A stretch of DNA of 63,763 nucleotides, the filler included, from Octopus bimaculoides (taxonomy: Eukaryota): the NCBI RefSeq assembly GCF_001194135.2. It is 5 parts of 5 records of this genome, joined end to end, with 100 filler letters (N's around TTAATTAATTAA, not from the genome) between each part and the next. Parts side by side here need not be neighbours in the genome. Positions count along the whole stretch, not along the records: positions 15,858 to 29,837 come from NC_068991.1; positions 29,938 to 60,355 come from NC_068985.1; 3 more parts are not named here. One strand, 5' to 3'. Of this stretch, positions 26,773 to 39,605 are shown piece by piece (the stretch's first letter is position 1; every line of letters begins with the position of its first letter). Position numbers and translations under genes: made by a program. Under the pieces are notes generated by a model that saw only the letters and a list, made by a program, of their open reading frames with translations, searched no databases and was not told where the DNA came from.

Positions 26773-28179
26773 GTAAAAGGGAGTATGATTAGGTGTTGGG
26801 GCTAAGAAAAGCTTCTTCAAACAATCGTTACAAGGATACATATGAACGATGCAGCAAGTAATCCTCAATATTTTGTTTAAATTTAATCAACGAAAGTGTC
26901 AGACACTGAAAACCTTGACCAGTTTTGTCTTAAATCTTTCAAAGTTTATTGAGAAGAACCGTAAAATATGAGAGCTTGTAAATCAGGGTTACAAACGATC
27001 TTCAAGAAAGTATATACGCCATACGGTTTTGCAGGGAAGTAAATTAATAGAGACTAACTGACGAGCATGGGAAAATAGAAGCAGAAATGTCAGCAAGAAA
27101 AATCATTTGTTTACTGTTTAATTTCCTCGCTAAATAGATTTGGAAGTTAAGAATGAAACAGGAAATTCGTTCTGAAAGAGCGAAACAGGAAGAGAAATAC
27201 GGTCGAGGGGAGATAACTCTGGTGTAACCAAATTGTTATAACGATTTTGAAAGCTTTCTGGTAAACGAAATTGGTATAGTAATTTGATTAATGAGCTAAT
27301 TAATAAAAATTATAGGAATGACGAAGAGGGTGGGAACTCTTAGGGACGCATGCTGCTTGAAATCTTAGTAGTTAAGTGGACGCTAGCATAATCGATGCTA
27401 TAATAAATTTTAATCTATTACAATTACAATCTTAATAATGAAAGCAATCAATAATAGTTCTTGATTAAAGATAGTTCTAATTAAAATATCTTCCTTCAGT
27501 ACATTAACTCTATTAGCAGCCAGTTTAGTCATCATCATCATCATAATAATAATAGTTACTGTTTTGACGTCTATATTTCCATGCTTTCATGAGTCAGGCG
27601 AAATTTTATAGAGGCGGTACTATGGCCAATGAGGTAAATCCGAGGCGTGGTTATTGCTAGTTAAACGAACGAAGATGCAATTCCTGCCACCAATCCTCAC
27701 CTGTTTCCCATCAAGGTTTCCTGAAAGCATTCCTGAGCAGTTCACAGTTCTGTTGATCGGATCAACTGGAACCCTCGTCGTCGTAACCGAAGGAGTACCA
27801 CCATCACGAAGCAAATCCATGATTAATTCAAAGCAACATGAATAGATAAGCGTTACATTTGACCCAATAATCCGAATGCTATCATCACCCAATTCCTTAC
27901 CAATTTGCTTCTCCATGGGGTCATAACAGTTAATCTGAAAGTCTTCCACCTGTCTCATGAGTTTATTCACTAATGCTTCAGTAAATTTTAAAAAAAACTG
28001 GTTATCAACAACAGGGAAGTACCAAGTAGTGTCACACAGGTATGCATACCTTTGCTCATTCAAGCTAGCTACACTATACACCTATGCTTGCCATTGCTTA
28101 TTCAGGTGACGAGAAAAAGTATGAACACACAATAAAATAAGATTGTAAAACAACGTTGATGGAAAAATGTTTAACTTAC

Positions 28180-28351
28180 TCTTTGGTATAGGCAAACTTA
28201 GCAAACATATCTTTGATAGATTGCTGACCATCAAGTTTTTTGATTGCAGCAACACTGGACGATTTCTTCGTAGTCTTCTTGGACAGTCCAGACACACGGC
28301 ATTTTGGTGTTTTGGGTGATTTCGATGCTGCAGTCGAAATTCTAGGTGTGC
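28180..28351 (-). CDS. EXO1: Coding exon, exonuclease 1 C-terminal region (PIP-like box)
   Basis: Acceptor gttttaacctgtag|, 172-nt open exon, donor |gtaagt. Translates GTPRISTAASKSPKTPKCRVSGLSKKTTKKSSSVAAIKKLDGQQSIKDMFAKFAYTK. This parallels, from memory, vertebrate EXO1 ARASGLSKK...QIKLNELWKNFGFKK. Read-through of the donor gives E-stop at 28176-28178. No nuclease-domain exons were seen in the window. Confidence 0.7.
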
Positions 28352-28427
28352 CTACAGGTTAAAACAACATTTTATAATGGTATGTATTGTACACTCAAAT
28401 TAACATATTCTGTAAGACTGTTCTATT

Positions 28428-29320
28428 CAATATTGTTGCCAGTGCTGCTCGATTGGCTCCTGTGCAGGTGGCACGTAAAATACACCATTTCGAGGGTGGC
28501 CATTGCCAGTACCACTTGACTGGCCTTCGTGCCGGTGACACATAAAAGCACCCACTACAATCTCGGAGTGGTTGGCATTAGGAAGGGGATCCAGCTGTAG
28601 AAACTCTGCCAAATCAGATTGGAGCCTGGTGTAGCCATCTGGTTTCACCAGTCCTCAGTCAAATCGTCCAACCCATGCTAGCATGGAAAGCGGATGTTAA
28701 ACGATAAACGATGATGTATGGCTATGTGGTTAAGGCATTTACTTTGGAACCATGAGGTTAGGGGTTCATTCCCACTACATCTTCTACTATAGCTACACGC
28801 TGACCAGTATTTTGAGAGAAATCCGGTTGATAGAAACTGAAAGAAGTTTCATTTACTCTAGGGGTTTGATTGATAAACAAAGATTCAGATATATACACAC
28901 AGGAGAGAGGGGATTAATATAATACAAAATAAGAGCAAGGTAATACTTCCCCCTAGCCAGATATATTTTTTGTGAAAAAGTGGCCAGTGCCGCCTGAGTG
29001 GCACCCATGCTGGTGGCACATAATAAGCACCATTCAAGTGTGGGTCATTGCCTGTGCCGCTTGACTGACTCTCCGTGCTGGTGGCACATAAAAAGCACCA
29101 TCTGAATGTGGTCGATACCAGTGCCACCTGACTGGCTTCTGTGTCGGTTGCATGTAAAAAGCACCCACTACACTCTCAGAGTGGTTGGCATTAGGAAGGG
29201 AACCCAGCTGTAGAAACCTTGCCAAATCAGATTGGAACCTGGTGCAACCTCCTGGCTTGCCAGTTCTCAGTCAAACCGTCCAACCCATGCCAGCATGGTC
29301 AACAGATGTTAAATGATGAC
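28428..29320 (+). mobile_element. Two copies of an RTE-tail-related short retroposon (family E)
   Basis: ggttggcattaggaaggg..ccagctgtagaaac...ccaacccatgctagcatggaaagcggatgttaaacgatgatg, an RTE-type 3' end with a (GAT)n tail. Other copies at 23060(-), 25150, 25780-26000(-) and 32560. Confidence 0.8.
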
Positions 29321-29547
29321 GACAATGATATACGACAGGTTTCTCTCAACCAAATTGACTCACATAAATTTGGTCATACCAGGGCTATAGTAGAAGTCAT
29401 TTGCTTAAAGTGCCATGCATTGGGAATGGTCCTAAGACCACTTGGTTGAGAAATAAGCTTCTTAACCACAGAGCCATGCCTGACAAGCATAAGGACAAAC
29501 AAACAAACAAAAAACCAATCAGTTCAACAAATACATATAATCTTTTC

Positions 29548-30312
29548 TACTCTAGGCACAAGGCCGGAAATTTTGGGGGAGGGGGCAAGTCGATTAGATT
29601 GACCCCATTATGCACCTGGCACTTCATTTATCGACCCAGGTGGAATTTGAACTCAGAATGTAAAGACAGACGAAATACCGTTAAGCATTCCACCCGGCAT
29701 GCTAACGATTCTGCCAGCTCGCCGCCTTAATTATGATATTAATAATTAACCCATTACCTATCAGTGATCTCATATGGGATCACTTAAAAATTACAAATTT
29801 CGTAATTATCTGTCAATATTTACACATATCTAACCTTNNNNNNNNNNNNNNNNNNNNNNNNNNNNNNNNNNNNNNNNNNNNTTAATTAATTAANNNNNNN
29901 NNNNNNNNNNNNNNNNNNNNNNNNNNNNNNNNNNNNNGATCGACCCTAATACACAACTGGTACTTAAGTTATCGTCCTTGAAAGGATGAAAGCAAAGTCG
30001 TGCTCGGCGGAAATTGAACTCAAGTCGTAAAGACGACGAAATACCGCTAAGCATTGCATTTCGCCCGGCTTGCTAACGTTTCTTATTTCTTTACTACCCA
30101 CAAGGGGCTACACACAGAGGAGACAAACAAGGACAGACAAACGGATTAAGTCGATTATATCGACCCCAGTGCGTAACTGGTACTTATTTAATCGACCCTG
30201 AAAGGATGAAAGGCAAAGGCGACCTCGGCGTAATTTGAACTCAGAACGTTGCGGCAGAAGAAATACCGCTAAGCATTTCGCCCGGCGTACTAACGTTTCT
30301 GCCACCTCGCCT
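29548..30312 (-). mobile_element. Three co-oriented SINE family A copies spanning a gap
   Basis: Each ends ...ccgctaagcatttcgcccgg...aacgtttctgccagctcgcc. Confidence 0.85.
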
Positions 30313-31894
30313 TTATAGAATTGGTTTGCTGCTTGTACGCGGCTGTACGAGCACGACTATCACTAACTAATCATTGAACTTCATTAATTATCTCAAATAT
30401 ATGATACAAACTCTGTTTAACTTAAATCCTTCGTTATTTCGAAAACGTACATACTTAGGTGTGAACGCACGTGTCCTAGTGGTTAGGCATCTGCACTCAC
30501 AGTCGCTAGGATCGTGGGTTCAATTTCCTGATTAGGCGCGTTGTCTTCTTTAGAAAAACACCTCTTTCATGTTGCTACAGTCCCCATTTTCGATCAGAGG
30601 GGCGGGGCAGAATGTTGGCCTGCTTGGAAGGCTAAAACAATGCAAAACACATTTTGACCAGCGATGTGTAACAACATCTGATGGCTTGGTCGGTCACGTG
30701 ATCACGTGATCACATAGATCATAAAATATATAACTATTCAAGTAATCTCCACTTCGTAAAAATACTGGCTTTATTCCAAAATTTGAAACCATTGTTTCTT
30801 CTTTTATCTTACACCCATTTATTGCGATATTGTCAAGGCGGTGAGCTGGCAGAATCGTTAGCACACTGGACAAAATGCTAAGCGGCATTTGTTCCGGTTT
30901 TACCTCTTGTCGAGATCGACTTTACCTTTGATCTCCTTTTGTGGTCGATAAAACATGTACGATTTGAGCTCTGGGGGTCGATGTACTCGTCTAGCCGTCT
31001 CCCGATAAAATTTCAGGCCCTGTGCCTTAAGAAAAAGAAATGTCATTAATTTTGTAATTGTGGCAGAGATGGTAACGTGCTGAGCAATTATTAATTTCGT
31101 TAATTAATGATCGAATTCAAATCCTATCAGTTAGCTTCGACATTGTATTTTTATCCCATTGTTGGTCTGCAGGAAATATTTACCATATTTATTTCAATAG
31201 ACAGCAGCTGCTCCAACACATCATCACGTGTGTAGGTATAAATTCTATTATGAAATAGAAATTTATGCAGGTTCAGTGGGTCAGCAACTGACTGGGGTCC
31301 ACCAACTGACAGGAGACCACCAAAACTTATGTAACGTAGTGAGCACTCGAGTATTGCATAGTTGTGTCTCTTTACGTTCTGAGTTCAAATCCAGCGGAGG
31401 ACATCTCGGCCCCTTATTCTTCCGATGTCAAGTAGAATGAAATACTAATCAAGAACTGGGTTTGATATAATCGATTATACTTCCTACCAAAATAGTTTGG
31501 TGCCTTGCTGTTTTCGCAGTCACTGTTGCTGTCACCACCGCCACCGGGACTCGACCTCCACCTCGCAACCGTCCCGATGATGTCTTAATCGCCCCGTTCG
31601 TTCACGTGTTCTTCTTTGCACCTGCCTGCACACTAAGGGAGCTCCCCATCTGTTGCTGCCTGCTTGGCCTCTGCTGTCTCCTGCGCATCGGTGCACACTT
31701 TGAACACCGAGCTGCGCCCGATGGTCAAGCTCAATGGTCAAGCTCATGAATGTGCTCTCTAAAGCCGATTGTATATATATAGATGTTTTCGATCTAGTTT
31801 GGATTCTTTGCCATCAAATTTGAATTCTTTGCAATCAAATTGAATGGCCAAGAATTCAAATTTGATAGCAGATAATCCAAACGAGATCGAAAAC

Positions 31895-31949
<55 letters not shown>

Positions 31950-32165
31950 NNNNNNNNNNNNNNNNNNNNNNNNNNNNNNNNNNNNNNNTATATATATATA
32001 TATATGAGATCTATTAATTCCTCCATGGATATAAAACTGAAGCAATTAATTAACTAAAATGGTTTTGATAGGTCATAAATCATGTCTATTACTCTACTAC
32101 AATCTAGTTAAAAATATTGAATTGGTAGAAATAATAGTAAACGTCTTGTAGTATGGAGTAGCAAC

Positions 32166-32380
32166 AAGGCGGTGAGCTGGCAGAAACGTTAGCACGCCGT
32201 GAGAAATGCTTAGCGGTATTTCGTCTGTCTTTACATTCTGAGTTCAAATTCTACCGAGGTCGACTTTACCTTTTATCCCTTCGGGGGTCGATAAATTAAG
32301 TACCAGTTGCGTATTAGGGTCGATATAATCGACTAGCTCCTTCCCCAAAATTTCGAGCCTTGTTCCTAGAGTAGAAAAGA
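32166..32380 (+). mobile_element. tRNA-head SINE family A (best copy)
   Basis: aaggcggtgagctggcagaaacgttagcacgccg...gttcaaatt...gtcgataaattaagtaccag...ccccaaaatttc. Related copies at about 10022, 17256, 19151, 22736, 22950(-), 24060(-), 29548(-), 29938(-), 30110(-), 30836, 31370 and 38128-39265(-, four copies). Confidence 0.9.
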
Positions 32381-33944
32381 GAATTCAGTGGCAACTCCGT
32401 GTTGTTCAGTTTAACTTCACCGGGGTTAATTTGACTGGGTCATCCTATACGCATGCATACACTCATAGCTATCTACATATATGCATATACGACTGCTTCT
32501 TTCCGTTTCCTTCTGTTTAATCAACTCACTCTTCGTCACCCAAGCAGTGTCAATTCTTTTTCAATATATGACAAGAACCTATCACGCCATGGAAAAATAT
32601 ATTTTGTTGCAAAAAGGGAGTGTTGGTCTCAGGAGAGCATCCGGCTGTAGAAAATCTTCGCTAATAAAAGCCTGACCATTCAAGCGTGGCAAAAGGGACG
32701 TTAAAAAGTGCACAGATGACTTGTTTGTGTTGATAATAAGCTCACCCTCTCCAGCCAATCCACATTGCTTGCATAGGTGCACGTTCTGTCATACGTTAGA
32801 TGCCGAAGTGATGTATATATATAAATTGTGTGTGTATGGTGTGATATGTGTATGTGTGTGCGCGTGCGTATGTATGTGCATATATGGTTTGTTTACCTCT
32901 CCGGAGTACTAGTGATCGACCCAAAGACACCGAAACAATAGTTTCAAAAATAATTTCTGAGGTAGATTTTTTGTTACTAAAACACTTCAACAATGTGCTC
33001 CAGCATGGTTGCTCTCCAATGACTGAAATAACTGAAAGATAAAAGATTGTACACTTTATATAATATACGCAAAGCTAGTATACTTTATATAATATACACA
33101 ATATTAGAGGAATCTATATGTTACACTAGACATTATTTTTTGTTATACATAATATATAAAATACTATTTATGATTTAGGCTATATAATATAAGACGAATA
33201 TAATATGTTACTCTATACAGTAACATATATAACATATAATATAACATATAATAATGTTGAACTATATACTTTATATTGCGCAGCAAACTTTATACAATAT
33301 ATAATATATAATTTTATTACAAAATATATTGAAAGTGAATAAAACGCTACACGTATATTTTTAAATAGCTATGATGATTTCCCAGAATGCAATTTTTTTT
33401 TCAGTGTCATCACAAGATCTTAGATCAAATCACATGCTAAAAACAAGTACATCTCGGCAATTATAAAATATAAATTTAGGAAAATTATGTTATTTCTGGT
33501 CTACCATAATTTCAATGTTCATGATTTTCCATCAACTCAAACAATGTTTTTACGTTTTACGCTTTTATTTTATTCTATTTTACAGCATCTGATTTTTATG
33601 TGTTTATTTATAATATATTGTTTCGGGAAAATTCTATTTTGTTTTTACGTTCTAGAAAATGTTATGAAGAAGATATTAAATTGGAGTGAGGTGTATTATT
33701 GTTGTCTTAGCTGTTTTTGTTGTTGCTATTGCAGTTATTGTTGTTGTTGTTGTTGTTGTTATTGTTTGACATCATCATCATCACCATCACCACCATCATC
33801 ATCATCATCATCTCTTGTTTTGTACTTGTTTTTGTTTTAATTCGTCTCACATAAATGTCAAACAACTGCAATTTCAGAAAGAAGAGAAATTCAGAGAGAC
33901 AGATTTTAAGTGTAAGAGAGAGAAAGAGATAAAATGAAAGACCA

Positions 33945-33998
<54 letters not shown>

Positions 33999-35086
33999 AG
34001 GGGAAGCAAAAATTTAAAACAGAAATTATATATGCATGTATANNNNNNNNNNNNNNNNNNNNNNNNNNNNNNNNNNNNNNNNNNNNNNNNNNNNNNNNNN
34101 NNNNNNNNNNNNNNNNNNNNNNNNNNNNNNNNNNNNNNNNNNNNNNNNNNNNNNNNNNNNNNNNNNNNNNNNNNNNNNNNNNNNNNNNNNNNNNNNNNNN
34201 NNNNNNNNNNNNNNNNNNNNNNNNNNNNNNNNNNNNNNNNNNNNNNNNNNNNNNNNNNNNNNNNNNNNNNNNNNNNNNNNNNNNNNNNNNNNNNNNNNNN
34301 NNNNNNNNNNNNNNNNNNNNNNNNNNNNNNNNNNNNNNNNNNNNNNNNNNNNNNNNNNNNNNNNNNNNNNNNNNNNNNNNNNNNNNNNNNNNNNNNNNNN
34401 NNNNNNNNNNNNNNNNNNNNNNNNNNNNNNNNNNNNNNNNNNNNNNNNNNNNNNNNNNNNNNNNNNNNNNNNNNNNNNNNNNNNNNNNNNNNNNNNNNNN
34501 NNNNNNNNNNNNNNNNNNNNNNNNNNNNNNNNNNNNNNNNNNNNNNNNNNNNNNNNNNNNNNNNNNNNNNNNNNNNNNNNNNNNNNNNNNNNNNNNNNNN
34601 NNNNNNNNNNNNNNNNNNNNNNNNNNNNNNNNNNNNNNNNNNNNNNNNNNNNNNNNNNNNNNNNNNNNNNNNNNNNNNNNNNNNNNNNNNNNNNNNNNNN
34701 NNNNNNNNNNNNNNNNNNNNNNNNNNNNNNNNNNNNNNNNNNNNNNNNNNNNNNNNNNNNNNNNNNNNNNNNNNNNNNNNNNNNNNNNNNNNNNNNNNNN
34801 NNNNNNNNNNNNNNNNNNNNNNNNNNNNNNNNNNNNNNNNNNNNNNNNNNNNNNNNNNNNNNNNNNNNNNNNNNNNNNNNNNNNNNNNNNNNNNNNNNNN
34901 NNNNNNNNNNNNNNNNNNNNNNNNNNNNNNNNNNNNNNNNNNNNNNNNNNNNNNAGAGAGAGTGAGAGACGGGGAAGAGAAAGAAGCATAAAAGCTGCTA
35001 AGAGAGAAAATGTGACAAAGTGAATAAACGATTGTGAGTGATAGAAAGAAAGAAAGAAAGAGAGAGAGATAGAGAGAGGGGGAGAG

Positions 35087-35117
<31 letters not shown>

Positions 35118-35589
35118 GAGACGTGAGTTAAAAGCTGAAAAAGTGAACTAAAGATATAAAGACGCCGAATACATTTTCTCGTTGTTTCCATTATCTTTTT
35201 ATTGTTTATTCATGCTTACACGTGACCACCTCATCGAATACACATTTACATATGTGAGTGTGGTGAGGTGTGTATTTGTCGTGGATCCCCGTTGTTCGTC
35301 GATGAGGCTTCACATGTTTGATCAACGAAATTACTCGCTCTGGAAATAGTGTGAAACCTTAAGGTGATTCTCAGGCAGAATCAGTATTACGCAGTATGTG
35401 GCAAGACAGTAACTTTTTTTAATTACAAGAAATATCCACTCGACAGGTTTCCCTACAGTTTCTGTCCACCCAATTCTACTCAAGTTATGAATCGATTCGA
35501 GATTTTAGAAAATGTCATTTGTCCAAGATATCATATAGTGGAGTAGAACCCGGGACTTCGTCATTGCGAAGCAAACTTCCGAAAAATGA

Positions 35590-36080
35590 TTGTCATTCAG
35601 CCATAAACACTTGTTAATATAACAAGGATGTGCAAAACATTTTATGGCCGAAACCACTCATATCTTTGTTTTAATTTGAAGAACTTCTCAGCCCTAAAGA
35701 ATCTGATATTTTCACTAAATGCAAACATTTCGAGAAGTTTCTCTTATTGAACTGAAAAACTCCTCCCACTACAAGTTAACCATGCAAACTCACAAACTTT
35801 AACATTATCTACGCCAACCATTGTTAATTCGTATACTAATTGGCCAAAGGGACATAGCTCTTATCTTCCTTCCACCTATACATTTTATTTCTCGTTCCCT
35901 TATTTTCATCTAGTTTTTCCTTCTCATCCTATCTAACTTTTTCTGAAAGAAAAACCATGTCACATTTTGAGCCTCTGTGGTTGTCCGATAATGCATAGCA
36001 TGTCCATCCGATGAGCATATTTATTAGAGATATGGTTGTCTTTCAGCTTTAATTCTGCTTCTGTCGTAACTAATTATCTA
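35590..36080 (+). mobile_element. Decayed PLE 3' end (endonuclease C-terminus plus 3' UTR)
   Basis: ...PKESDIFTKCKHFEKFLLLN-stop matches the PLE terminal motif LN.RSE..SKCRH..KFLL. A downstream ccgatgagc may be a hammerhead remnant. Confidence 0.55.
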
Positions 36081-36206
36081 TATAATTAATTATCCATATA
36101 CATATTAATATTGCGAGAGAAGAAGTACATTATCAAAAGGCAATCTTTATACCCAGCTTTAATGTATTTGTACAGCACCAATTAATTCGTTATTTAGCAG
36201 GAGAGA

Positions 36207-36596
36207 CTCTCATATGGACGCATGGTGCATAAAAGAGCACATATAGATATATCGTTGGAAGATGAGAATCGCCTGCCATGTGCAGTGGAACTACCAAAAC
36301 TAGTGACTTCGATGTACCCCGTCTTCTCAATGGCAGACGTCTAGTAGCATCATGTCGCTAATAATTAATTTTAATAAGCCGGTTAGCTTTCCGACGTCAG
36401 TGTATGGACGGACACTGGAATTCCATATATAACTGGCAGTGAGATTTCTCAGTATGTAGCTACCGACGTTTGCCACTGTCGAGACTGGCTACGAGAAATC
36501 ACGAGATCTGGCCGTTCTGGTGCCTGTAGCAGACGATTACCGTCTACCAGTGATATAAATATGTGGGCTTCTATGCGCCATGCACCCATATGAGAG
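36207..36596. mobile_element. MITE with about 28-bp terminal inverted repeats, superfamily unassigned
   Basis: ctctcatatggacgcatggtgcataaaa versus ttctatgcgccatgcacccatatgagag. No clear TSD. Confidence 0.65.
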
Positions 36597-36708
36597 GTTC
36601 TTTCATGATAAATAATGCAGTATTCGATACTCTAACAATACATCTACGTTAGTTTGGATATAGAGATTGCCTTTTATCTATCTATCTATCTCTCTGTCTC
36701 TCTGTCTC

Positions 36709-36784
<76 letters not shown>

Positions 36785-36799
36785 TACATATGCATATAT

Positions 36800-36842
<43 letters not shown>

Positions 36843-37439
36843 TGTGTGTGTAGGTGTAAAACAAAGTAAAATGATATAGAATTCGTGATTGCCTGATCAT
36901 CGTTTTCGTGAAACCCTGTGTTGTAATTTGTGAAGTCATTTCATAAAATACATCATATCTGTCTGTCTGTTTGTCTCTTTGTCTATCTGTCTGTCTATCA
37001 ATATATCTGTCTATATTATCGTGTACATAAGCAGGTATGTGTGTGGTTATGTGTGTGTGTTGAGTCACTCTCTCACATAGCTACCCGTTAAGAAGATATG
37101 CTCACACTGTGTGTATTTGCTATTCCTGTGTCTTCCCCATTCGATTTCCTCTAGCTTTAACCCATTCATCTCTCTGGTTGTTTCAATTTCTGTACTCTCC
37201 CAGTCTCCGCTTCGGCTTCCATTTTCTTTATTTTTCACCTTTTCTCAGAAATTCGGTTGCACATTCATTCCCCCACTCTTTTCTCAACTACAGTTTCTGC
37301 ACCTGTTTCTCTGACACTTTCACACCCCTACAAACTGATTTCAACTAACTTTCGTTCGTGTTAATCAATTCTATTGTTCTTTTCCTCACTGCTTCTTCTT
37401 CCATTTCATTCTCTATCTCATTCTTTTAATCTTACAAAT

Positions 37440-38030
37440 TAATATGCATCAACCTTCCTTATCTGCCCTCAAGTTATTTTAAACATCTGACCATTCAATA
37501 GATATACCGGCTCTAATTCTACGTCTGGGACAACCACTTATTCATCACATACTCGGTAGTCCTTCAGTTCTATCTAACATAATGGACTTTCCCATGCCAA
37601 TCTCCCTTATCAAGTAACCAAAGAATTGATATATTTGATTGATAATCAATGCTCTCTAAGTACTATCAGTTTTCACCTGCGGCGGTATCGATCTCTTTGT
37701 TCTTTCCGTTCTTGATATTCTCAGTAATCTACTCAAGCTCCACTTTTCAAATGCATCTATTTTCCTTCTAATTGTCCATCTTTCTTATCCACAGAACATT
37801 ACTGAGTATGATATCGATTGTAACACATTATAGTCTTTCTTCTTTGCGACACTCTTTTAACTTTCATAATTTTTCTGTAGTCCCATCGTGGCAGCTCTTT
37901 GAAGTTCTAATTTTAAAATTTCATTTGGACATCTTCCACTCTGATTTTTTTTCTACCTCAGATTCAGGACATGCAAACACAAAAACCACTTCCACAGAAT
38001 CATCTCCAGTCTTAAGTTAAAGTACAAAGC
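37440..38030 (-). mobile_element. RTE-clade LINE RT C-terminal fragment, degenerate
   Basis: IDAFEKWSLSRLLRISRTERT...FFGYLIRE..GKSIML..EG matches the RTE consensus IDAFEMWCYRRLLRISWTERRT...YFGHIMR. Confidence 0.75.
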
Positions 38031-38127
38031 AAGAATATATACAGAAATGTACAAAGACATGTAATACTTCTTGATGAATTTACATCAATGATACTCAAGG
38101 AGAAACCAAACGCAATTCTTACTAATT

Positions 38128-39265
38128 TTAGAGGAGGAGTTAAGTCGATTACATCGACCCTAACGCTCAATTGGTGCTTAGTTTATCAACTCTGAAAAGC
38201 AAAAGTCAGCCTCGGCGGCATTTGAACTCGGAAACCGGCTCTGAAACTAAAGTGGAACCGATACTGCTAAATATTTTGTCCGACCTGCCGACGATTCTGC
38301 CCGCACAAATGCCTGATAGGAACTATATATAATTCTTTCTACCATAGACACAAAGCTTGAAATTTTGGAGAAATAGCCAGTCGATTACAATGTGCTTACA
38401 GCTCGAATGGTTCTTATTTTATCGTTTCCGAAAGCAAATTCGACCTCGGTTGAATGTGACAGGGACCATATATAATAGAAGGAGAGATGAGTTGAACAAA
38501 GTCTGAAGTCGGGGAGAAAATAATCATCAGATACAAATGATATTACTGTTGAACTATTGAAATGAACTGATGAAGACGTCATTAAATCATTTAGAAATGT
38601 TGTCAAAATATTTAGATGACAAAATAATGGCTGGAACATGTCGGTAAATATCTACATTCCAAAGAAAGGTCATGTGCGAAAATACAAGAATTACAAGACA
38701 AATGTCCTAATATCCTATTCAAACAAAATTGTTCCGAAAATTATCCAGAACTGACTTCAGCCGGATTTCTAGAGGGAATTAATTGCAGAACAACCTACTT
38801 TCAGGAAGTGAAAGGGGATGGGGGTGGACAAGTGAATAAATTGTAAACTTAAAATGTATAATGGGTTCAAGTATTGGCACAAAGCCTATGATTTTTGGAG
38901 AGGGGATTTAGTCGGTTACATCTACTCCAGTAATCAACTGGTACTTTAATTTACCGACTCCGAGAGGATGAAAGCAAAGTCGACCTTGGTGGAATTTAGG
39001 TCGGGAAAAAGACTGCAAATCATTTTGTTCGACGCACTAAAGATTCTGGCAGCTTACTGCATTTGATTTCAAATTTTGTCACAAGGCCAGCAATTTTAGA
39101 GAGAGAGAGAGAGAGAGATAATTTATTGATTCGAACCCAGTGTTAAAATGTTACTTATTTTATCGACTCCCGACAGGATGAAAAGCAAAGTCGATCTTGG
39201 CAGATTTTGAATTCAGAACACGAAGAACAAGAAGAAGAACCATAGATCATTTTGTCCGACGCACT
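38128..39265 (-). mobile_element. Cluster of four diverged SINE family A copies
   Basis: Repeated gtcgattacatcgacccc...gtacttattttatcgac...gaaagcaaagtcgacctcgg...atttgaactc. Confidence 0.75.
38600..38820 (+). mobile_element. RTE-clade LINE RT N-terminal fragment
   Basis: IYIPKKGHVRKYKNYKTNVLISYSNKIVPKIIQN.LQP...REL.AEQPTFRK matches IPKKGD..ECSNYRTIALISHASKVLLKII..RL......EQAGFRK. Confidence 0.75.
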
Positions 39266-39429
39266 AAATCCTAATTACAATAATGGAAACATCTGCGAAG
39301 TACCGCAAGGTGGTGTAAATGCACTCCAATAATTGCAACAGAGCAACTGATTTTTTAGATAAACAAATGCATAAATACACACAAAATAACACATACACGC
39401 ACAAACATACTCTTCCGCTGTCAATTTTT

Positions 39430-39430
39430 C

Positions 39431-39501
<71 letters not shown>

Positions 39502-39526
39502 GTCTATCTATCTATCTATCTATCTA

Positions 39527-39593
<67 letters not shown>

Positions 39594-39605
39594 GCCTATC
39601 TATCT
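39430..39605. repeat. (TCTA)n/(TCTG)n tetranucleotide array
   Basis: Direct reading. Similar arrays at 3003-3100, 31896-31949 and 47690-47760. Confidence 0.95.

Noticed and set aside
27620-28081. 153-aa minus-strand ORF just downstream of the EXO1-like exon
   Set aside because: It starts at a non-ATG codon, runs through a SINE family C tail (27745-27800) and has no recognisable homology. It is more likely intron or UTR.
31201-31330. Two apparent plus-strand exons (QQLLQHIITCV / GSVGQQLTGVHQL)
   Set aside because: The intervening intron would be only 35 nt, too short to be credible.
35228-35310. Hairpin cluster considered as a pre-miRNA or hammerhead
   Set aside because: There are competing short stems, no 60-70 nt uniform stem, and TCGATGA has no properly placed GAAA.
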